Assembly: GCA_035341855.1 (NCBI GenBank)
Contig: DAOQWA010000010.1
Location: 15,678-79,677, forward strand
Source: Bacteroidia bacterium
Lineage (GTDB): Bacteria; Bacteroidota; Bacteroidia; AKYH767-A; 2013-40CM-41-45
Length of the DNA stretch: 64,000 nt
Direction of reading: 5' to 3'
This document shows, piece after piece, positions 57,374 to 64,000 of this stretch. The notes under the pieces are model-generated. The model did not search any database and was not told the origin of the DNA. It saw nothing but the letters and a program-made list of their open reading frames with translations. Both the position numbers and the translations under genes were made by a program. The number at the start of each line of letters is the position of its first letter. The first letter of the stretch is position 1.

Positions 57374-58051
57374 TCAGGACATGTTAAGCCTGTAACCGAT
57401 TCCGCGAACAGTTTCTATGAAGTCGGCATTACCGACAGCACCCAATTTTTTTCGCAGGTTTTTCATGTGCACGTCAATATAATTCGATTCATAATCATCT
57501 TCGAGAACATCACCCCAGATGTGCTCCGTAAGCTGAACCCTTGTAATAACACGGTTTTTGTGCAATGCCATGTAATGCAACATGTCAAATTCTTTCTTTG
57601 TGAGATTGATCAGGTCACTGCCATGATGAACAGTGCGGTTTTGAATGTCCATCAGATAATCCTGTATCTGTATCGAATTATTTTTTAGTCCATGTTTTCT
57701 TCTGAGAATAGCCTGCATTCTCGCTTGTAATTCCAGAAGTGAAAAAGGTTTTGCCAGGTAGTCATCAGCTCCCAGATCCAATCCGGCGATCTTATCATCA
57801 ATAGTACCTCTTGCAGTAAGCATGATGAAAGCAGCATCTTTACCACCTTCCTTGGCTTCTTTCAATAGTTGTAAACCGCTAACATCCGGCAAACCGATGT
57901 CAAGCAACACAAAATCGTAGGAGCTGATGAAGATCTTTTCAGAAGCGCTCTTTCCATTAAAGGCTACGTCGCAGTGATAGCCTTGCTTGGTTAAAAAGAT
58001 CTCGATCTCATGAGATAGTTGTCGTTCGTCTTCAACAATAAGTACATTCAT
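57374..58051 (-). CDS. OmpR/PhoB-family response regulator
   Basis: 225 aa. Receiver (VLLDIGLPD, phospho-Asp context) and a winged-helix C-terminal domain (IETVRGIGYRL). 41 nt upstream of the HK gene. Confidence 0.9.
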   Translation of the reverse strand: MNVLIVEDERQLSHEIEIFLTKQGYHCDVAFNGKSASEKIFISSYDFVLLDIGLPDVSGLQLLKEAKEGGKDAAFIMLTARGTIDDKIAGLDLGADDYLAKPFSLLELQARMQAILRRKHGLKNNSIQIQDYLMDIQNRTVHHGSDLINLTKKEFDMLHYMALHKNRVITRVQLTEHIWGDVLEDDYESNYIDVHMKNLRKKLGAVGNADFIETVRGIGYRLNMS

Positions 58052-58055
58052 AGTT

Positions 58056-59246
58056 TTAATCCTTGTAGTTATTCAAAACATCAATAATAATTTTACAAGC
58101 CGACCTGATCTCTTCATCGCTGATGATTAACGGCGGTGCTATCCTCAAGCAATGTGGTGCAAAAAGAAACCAATCTGTAAACAATCCTTTCTCAAGACAT
58201 TTCCTGATAACATCCTGATTTATTTGGGCATTTTCAAATTCGAGGCATAAAAATAAACCTTTTCCTCGTATTTCAGTAATTTTTTTGTGAACTAAAAGGT
58301 CTTTAAATAGCTTCTCCTGCGAAAGGATTTTGGATTTGAGATGCTCTTCTGTGATCAATTCCAGTGATGCTTCGGCAGCAGCACAGGATACAGGATGACC
58401 TCCAAAAGTTGTGAGGTGGCCTAGGACCGGATCATGAGTTAAGGCAGACATATTTTCTTTCGAGGCGATAAATGCACCCAGGGGCATGCCTCCTCCGAAT
58501 CCCTTGCCTAAAAGGAGAATATCCGGAACAATATTCTCCGAAGTAAATGCGAATAGGGTACCTGTCCTCATCATCGCCGTTTGTATTTCATCTACGATCA
58601 GCAGAGTGCCGGTTGATTTGCATCGCTCAGCCAGTTTTTGTAAGAACTGATCTTTTGAACTCACGATTCCTGCCTCAGCCTGAATGATCTCTACTATTAC
58701 TGCTGCCGTTTCATTGTCTATCAAAGAAAGTTGCCCGGAATCATTATAGTCAAGTATGGTGATGCCCGGAAGCAAAGGTCTGAAAGCAGTTTTGAGCTCT
58801 TCGTTGCCACAAACACTCAATGAACCTTGTGTGCTTCCATGATATGAATTTTTGAATGCAACCAATTTGGTCCTGCCTGTAATTCTTTTTGCCAATTTCA
58901 AAGCACCTTCAACAGCCTCTGATCCTGAGTTAGTAAAATAAACACTATTCAAAGAAGGAGGTAGGTAAGAACAAAGTTTTTCGGCAAGACGTACTTGCAC
59001 TGATTGAATCAATTCTCCATACACCATGACATGCATATGCTTGTCAACCTGAGCTTTTATGGCTTTGTTAATAGACGGATTGGCATGTCCCATATTACAA
59101 ACAGCAATGCCCGAAATGAGATCCATGTATTTTTTTCCTGCCGGGTCATACAAATACATTCCTTCAGCCTTTTCTATCTCAAGTGCTAGAGGAAAAGGAC
59201 TCGTTTGTGCAATGTGATTAAAAAATGATTGGCGTTGACTGGACAT
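58056..59246 (-). CDS. Class III (ornithine/acetylornithine/GABA-type) PLP aminotransferase
   Basis: 396 aa. DLISGIAVCNMGHANP..., LIVDEIQTAMMRTG, and a Lys-containing ...LLLGKGFGGGMPLGAF... Its stop is 4 nt from the RR start. Confidence 0.8.
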   Translation of the reverse strand: MSSQRQSFFNHIAQTSPFPLALEIEKAEGMYLYDPAGKKYMDLISGIAVCNMGHANPSINKAIKAQVDKHMHVMVYGELIQSVQVRLAEKLCSYLPPSLNSVYFTNSGSEAVEGALKLAKRITGRTKLVAFKNSYHGSTQGSLSVCGNEELKTAFRPLLPGITILDYNDSGQLSLIDNETAAVIVEIIQAEAGIVSSKDQFLQKLAERCKSTGTLLIVDEIQTAMMRTGTLFAFTSENIVPDILLLGKGFGGGMPLGAFIASKENMSALTHDPVLGHLTTFGGHPVSCAAAEASLELITEEHLKSKILSQEKLFKDLLVHKKITEIRGKGLFLCLEFENAQINQDVIRKCLEKGLFTDWFLFAPHCLRIAPPLIISDEEIRSACKIIIDVLNNYKD

Positions 59247-59427
59247 AAAAAAAATATACTGAGTATGGAATCAATTAGATTTTCACTTTTGTAATTTTTA
59301 ATTGCCTGCGAAGATATAGAAATATGTAGAGATGATTCTCTGAAATTTGTCAAAAAACCAAGGAATTTATTTTGCGAATTTTAGTGTAAAGCTATTTGAT
59401 TCGTCAACTGTTATGATAATTGATGAA

Positions 59428-60921
59428 TCATTTCATTGAAGCAAGGTGTATTACTTCAACATTCTCAAGCCTGAATGTGTCAGGTTCAACTACACTACTT
59501 ATTAAAATTTTATAACCATTATTCTTCAAGCTGTCTATAGTTTGTTGATCCGGTATGAATGAATAGACAGTCATGTTCGTGTAGAACATCGCGCTAATTG
59601 GGTCATCATAATTGAACATGATTGCATTGTTATAAACATTGCTAATTTTTTTTAAAGCGATGATGTTTTCAGGTATTCTGTTTTTACTTTCAAGTGGTTT
59701 CAATCTTTCAATTGTGTATCTTATTGGAAGAACTACTAAGGCTAAAATAATCAGTTTGATAGTAGTCTTATAGATTTTCCATTCAATTTTTAATTCTTTA
59801 AGATATTCTATAAAAGCAGCTGTCACAATGAATATTGCAGGTGCTATGAATGCGATATAAGCCTGCATTTTAGTTTGTGCAAATGAAAAGACGATTAAAG
59901 GAACAAAGATCCAAATTGCCAGTGAAAGTAATTTATACTTTGCATCAGCTTTATAAACTGAGTAAATCAACCATATTAATGGAAGATAAACTAGTTCACC
60001 ATAGTTTATTCTGAGTTTATTGAAGTAGTAAAATATTGAGCCTGTATGGGTTTCAATTGTCTCTGTTAGATGCCTGATGTTAAATCCTAATTCAAAAGCA
60101 GCTTCCTGTGGAAACCTTGCAAGAATATAAATTTGCCATGGTAGAAAAATGATGAGGGCAAGTGAAAAGAATTTGACAAAATCTTTAAACACTGTTTTGT
60201 TAAAGTTCTTCTCCGAATGTAAAACAAGACATAACCATATTGGTATGACAATAAGACCCGGTAACCATTTGCACAAAACTGAAATTCCCATACAAATTCC
60301 TGCAAACAGGTTGAACATTTGTTTCTTACTCTTTACATATTGGATCACAAAAAACACACTCAATTCAATGAAGAAAAGAAAGAAACTGTCTATATGATCT
60401 GTAGTTACTCTGCCGGAACTTAATGATAAGATCAGTCCGTTTATTGAATTAAAGAAAGCGGAAATAATTGCAACATTCCTCGAAAAAAAGTACTTACCAA
60501 TGGAGTAAGTGAGAAATATTCCAAGACTTGTCAAAAGTATTGAAGGTAATCTCAATGCAATTTCATTACAACCAAAGAGCTGCATACTCAATGCCATGGA
60601 CCATAACGGAAAGGGCTGTTTATGTAGCCAAACATGATTGCTTGCCCAATTCATATAGTCATATTGAAAAATTGCATTGTCGTAAAGAGTTGGGAGCAAT
60701 GGATGATTAATCAGATTTTTTGCAACTAAAGCATGATAGCGTTCATCCCAGAAGTGCAAATAGAAATCACAGGAAGCATATACCCGCAGGATTAATCCTA
60801 ATAAAACAAGCAGACCAACTGCGATATTGAAATTCTTCTTTTGATATTGGATCCAGGCGAGATAATAGCCTGTGAAGCAAACAAGCAGAAGAAGTAGGCC
60901 TGTAAGTTGGTTGCTATTCAT
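59428..60921 (-). CDS. GT39/GT83 (ArnT / PMT-like) polytopic membrane glycosyltransferase
   Basis: 497 aa, about 12 TM helices. First periplasmic loop motif HFWDERYHALVAKNL (DExRYA-like), as in ArnT/PMT family enzymes. Confidence 0.6.
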   Translation of the reverse strand: MNSNQLTGLLLLLVCFTGYYLAWIQYQKKNFNIAVGLLVLLGLILRVYASCDFYLHFWDERYHALVAKNLINHPLLPTLYDNAIFQYDYMNWASNHVWLHKQPFPLWSMALSMQLFGCNEIALRLPSILLTSLGIFLTYSIGKYFFSRNVAIISAFFNSINGLILSLSSGRVTTDHIDSFFLFFIELSVFFVIQYVKSKKQMFNLFAGICMGISVLCKWLPGLIVIPIWLCLVLHSEKNFNKTVFKDFVKFFSLALIIFLPWQIYILARFPQEAAFELGFNIRHLTETIETHTGSIFYYFNKLRINYGELVYLPLIWLIYSVYKADAKYKLLSLAIWIFVPLIVFSFAQTKMQAYIAFIAPAIFIVTAAFIEYLKELKIEWKIYKTTIKLIILALVVLPIRYTIERLKPLESKNRIPENIIALKKISNVYNNAIMFNYDDPISAMFYTNMTVYSFIPDQQTIDSLKNNGYKILISSVVEPDTFRLENVEVIHLASMK

Positions 60922-61269
60922 GCAGAAAATTTAATCAAAAGCAATCAAAGTAAATGTTGAACCGCTTTGCCGAATTTTGTGTGTATGCCTGAGTGATAGG
61001 TCAATATGCCGAGCGAGGAATTTGCTGGTCTGAGCGATGTGTTGGAAGAATGCCTGGCGATGTGATGACATATAATTGAATAAGGCAGAAAATCGCAATT
61101 AAAGAAATGAATTTTAAGTTAAGCATTTTGGGTGAAGGCGAAGATATGGAAATTTGAAATCTAGGTTTATAATTTATAATTCATTAATTTGCAAAATATA
61201 TGCTTGAATTGCTTGTTTGAATTTTAACTTGATTTTGTTATAAATTTTTTAAAACACACTTGTCTAATA

Positions 61270-62967
61270 ATGAATAAGCGCTCGTTTTTATTTTGTTGCA
61301 TGTTCAGTTGGGCAATAGCACTTTCTGCACAGAGTCCGTTGCTAAAGCAATGGGATTACCGTTATGGTGGAACTTTGGGAGACTTCTTGAAGGCCGTAAT
61401 TAAAACCTCGGATCATGGTTTACTAATGGGAGGTGAATCTCAGTCTGATAGTAGTGGAGATAAGTCTCAGAATCGTGTGGGTGCTTGGAATGCACCTGAT
61501 TTATGGATTGTGAAAGTAGATTCATTGGGAATTAAACAATGGGATAAAACATACGGTGGCAACAGAGCCGTAACATTCGGTGCTTTATTGGAACTGAAGG
61601 ATGGTGGATATTTATGTGGTGGAGGCGTAACTGCAGATTCAGGTTATGACGTGAGTGAACCTAACAGAGGAAATGTAGGAAGTAGTGACTTTTGGTTACT
61701 GAAATTGGATTTGTTGGGGAACAAGGTTTGGGATAGGCGTTTTGGTGGAGATGGAGGAGAGTTTTTAACCTCCATGTTGGAAATGCATAATGGATTCGTC
61801 TTACTAGGTCGTTCAAGTTCAGGAGTGAGTGGAGACAAGTCAGAACCAAATTGGGATCAAAATTTAACCACTGCTGACTATTGGATTTTAAAAGTTGACT
61901 TCGCAGGTAATAAGGTTTGGGATAAAAGATATGGTGGTTTCTTAAATGATTATCCTAATAAAATTATACAAACTGAAGAGGGTGGTTACATAATTGCAGG
62001 TAATAGCTGGTCGCACAGGGAAGGAGATGTCACAGAGGAGGCCTATGACACGAGCAGTCACTTACCGGATTATTGGATTGTTAAAATTGATTCTATGGGT
62101 AATAAGCTATGGGATAAAAGATACGGTGGTTTGGGTGCAGAATATTTTTCTTCGATTTGTACCAACTCGAATAATGGTTTTTTAGTCGGAGGTATTTCAT
62201 ACTCAGGGATAAGTGGGGTAAAAGCTGTTGAAAACCATGATAGCTCCTTGTCTTCAAACACCGCAGATTTTTGGGTGCTTGAAATCGATCGCCTAGGGAA
62301 TATTATTTGGCAAAAGACTTATGGAGGTTATGCTAATGAGGATGAATTTTGTGACATTTCCAGGACGGCAGATTGTGGCTACCTCTTGTCAGGAACATCG
62401 TATTCACATATTGGTGGAGATAAATCAGAAGAAAATTTAGGAAATGAGCAATCATGGTTTATTAAAATTGATTCAGTTGGTAACAGAGTATGGGATAAAA
62501 CACTAAGGACCAACATTGGATTGGGTGATAATGAAAATGGATTTGCTATTCAGATGAGTGATTTCTCATATGTAATGGGAAACTACACAGGTGGACCAAG
62601 TGGTGGTGATAAAACACAGGATTCACAAGGCGGAGCGGATTACTGGATTTCCAAATATGTAGATATTAATTTTATAAAGTGTGTTGAAACAAATGGAGGT
62701 GATACGCTTCCAATAGTTGACGAATTGTTAATATTTCCAAATCCGGTTCTTTCAGAATTGACTGTAAAACTTACAAGCGTAAAATTAAATTCAATTTCAC
62801 TTAACATCTATGATGTTTTAGGTCAAGTTGTTTATCGATTTTCAGATGTTAATTTGAGCAAATCGTTTACAAAGGTCATAGACCTAAGCGCATTGGCTAA
62901 TGGTATATATTTTCTTGTTATAAAAGTTAATGATGATCAGTTTATAAAAAAGATTTTAAAGCAATAA
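61270..62967 (+). CDS. T9SS-secreted beta-propeller-like repeat protein with a type-A CTD
   Basis: 565 aa. Signal peptide, about 8 repeats of about 60-65 aa with recurring K(V/L)WDK(R/T)YGG ... GDKSxxxxG..D(Y/F)W(I/L)xK(V/I)D motifs, and C-terminal LLIFPNPVLSELTVKL...GIYFLVIKVNDDQFIKKILKQ. Confidence 0.7.
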   Translation: MNKRSFLFCCMFSWAIALSAQSPLLKQWDYRYGGTLGDFLKAVIKTSDHGLLMGGESQSDSSGDKSQNRVGAWNAPDLWIVKVDSLGIKQWDKTYGGNRAVTFGALLELKDGGYLCGGGVTADSGYDVSEPNRGNVGSSDFWLLKLDLLGNKVWDRRFGGDGGEFLTSMLEMHNGFVLLGRSSSGVSGDKSEPNWDQNLTTADYWILKVDFAGNKVWDKRYGGFLNDYPNKIIQTEEGGYIIAGNSWSHREGDVTEEAYDTSSHLPDYWIVKIDSMGNKLWDKRYGGLGAEYFSSICTNSNNGFLVGGISYSGISGVKAVENHDSSLSSNTADFWVLEIDRLGNIIWQKTYGGYANEDEFCDISRTADCGYLLSGTSYSHIGGDKSEENLGNEQSWFIKIDSVGNRVWDKTLRTNIGLGDNENGFAIQMSDFSYVMGNYTGGPSGGDKTQDSQGGADYWISKYVDINFIKCVETNGGDTLPIVDELLIFPNPVLSELTVKLTSVKLNSISLNIYDVLGQVVYRFSDVNLSKSFTKVIDLSALANGIYFLVIKVNDDQFIKKILKQ

Positions 62968-62987
62968 GGTAAAATTAAGCAGCAACA

Positions 62988-64000
62988 TCATTCTTTAATA
63001 AACCTCCATCGCTTGCTATTATCAATCTCGATCAGATACATTCCCGGAACCAAATTTTTTAAAGAAATACTTTCTTTTACATTTGATGTTGTTTTTTGAA
63101 TCAAAAGGTTTCCAAGAAGATCATATACTTTTATTTCATAATGTGATTTCATTCCCTGAATTGACAAGAACTCACCAGCGGGGTTTGGGAATATAATTGG
63201 GTTTGATTCTTTTTCAAGTCCTGAAATGCCGGTGTTAAAATCAAGCATGATATCATCAATACCAAGTAAGGAAGTCAGGTCTGTTGCAAAGCTTTTGAAG
63301 CAAACATAATAAGTTCCGGATTGTGAAATGTTAAATGGTGCAAAGATTTGATGATAGCTTGTGTCTATCGGAATTTGTGGTGAAGATATCAGTGATGATC
63401 CTAATAGATCCGGTGTTGAATTAATGTATACTTCTAATGAATATGGATTCTGGGAACTATACCCTTTCATCCAATAGGACATTAAATAATCTGTCGAAGC
63501 ATTCAAATCGATACAGGGCGTCCAGAGTTGGTTGTGAGGAACAAGAGTATATGCTGGCCAAAAGACATATGTTTTGTCTCCGCTATGCGGGGAATAAGGA
63601 ACAATTTCACCTGAATATCCATCAGCATCCAGATCATAACTGTACCAACCGGTGAAAATTTCATGATCTTCAAATCCCATGGACCATGGTACGGTCAGAT
63701 GTTCAATAGAAACGACTTCACAAGATGTGCTGTCATTAAACGCATGTGCATCTCCGGAAACGTTAACTGATACATGGAGATTATATATTCCCGGTATGCT
63801 CAAGTCTGCAGTTGTTTGAAATGTATAATGAAGTGTATCACCCGGATGCAAGGTGTCAGCAATAATTTCTGAAACAGGGATTGCTCCGTTTACTGAATAG
63901 CTTACCGGGAAATTATAAAAATCATATTCACCTAAATTGGCGATCCTGATTTTTACATTCTCTGAGTCACTTAATGTGCAACTTTGGTCAATTGAATCCA
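62988..64000 (-). CDS. T9SS-secreted protein, partial (N-terminus beyond the window end), with a type-A CTD
   Basis: The track ORF begins at an internal TTG (63851). Hand translation shows the frame stays open to position 64000 (...DSIDQSCTLSDSENVKIRIANLGEYDFYNFPVSYSVNGAIPVSEIIADTLHPGDTLHY...). C-terminus NPIIFPNPAGEFLSIQGMKSHYEIKVYDLLGNLLIQ...LIEIDNSKRWRFIKE is a type-A CTD. Confidence 0.7.
   Translation of the reverse strand, partial: DSIDQSCTLSDSENVKIRIANLGEYDFYNFPVSYSVNGAIPVSEIIADTLHPGDTLHYTFQTTADLSIPGIYNLHVSVNVSGDAHAFNDSTSCEVVSIEHLTVPWSMGFEDHEIFTGWYSYDLDADGYSGEIVPYSPHSGDKTYVFWPAYTLVPHNQLWTPCIDLNASTDYLMSYWMKGYSSQNPYSLEVYINSTPDLLGSSLISSPQIPIDTSYHQIFAPFNISQSGTYYVCFKSFATDLTSLLGIDDIMLDFNTGISGLEKESNPIIFPNPAGEFLSIQGMKSHYEIKVYDLLGNLLIQKTTSNVKESISLKNLVPGMYLIEIDNSKRWRFIKE

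Overview
The window reads as a chromosomal segment of an AT-rich Bacteroidota genome, most likely Sphingobacteriia, Cytophagia or Saprospiria. The evidence is four secreted proteins ending in type-A T9SS C-terminal sorting domains, several Bacteroidota-restricted DUF families (DUF2723, DUF5683, DUF3276, DUF1015, DUF2807), and a PadR-PspC arrangement. Coding density is high and the content is mostly housekeeping: a thrS-infC-rpmI-rplT cluster, recA, uvrA, nth, aroQ, parA-parB-dapB-lepB, xerD, and an acyl-CoA carboxylase beta subunit. It is interrupted by several accessory-looking modules. The first is a small Wzx/Wzy-independent-looking polysaccharide locus (gmd-fcl, rmlC, a WecA-like priming transferase, a Wzc tyrosine kinase with an unusual (GY)n tail, Wza, GT4). 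The second is a DUF2807/PadR/PspC putative envelope-stress module carrying candidate palindromic operators. The third is a tight aminotransferase / OmpR-response-regulator / histidine-kinase operon sitting beside an ArnT-like GT39 membrane glycosyltransferase. The fourth is a giant T9SS cargo protein of about 1,670 aa built from roughly seven diverged tandem repeats of about 163 aa. That protein and a second T9SS cargo share a distinct conserved module of about 95 aa placed immediately before the CTD. No CRISPR array, transposase, prophage or tRNA gene could be supported. Nothing in the window is an obviously known defence system. The strongest candidates for undescribed biology are the repeat adhesin with its pre-CTD module, the PadR-PspC-DUF2807 unit, and the AT-TCS-ArnT-like unit. 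All coordinates and functions are inferred by eye from the translations without database searches, so family assignments rest on remembered motifs.
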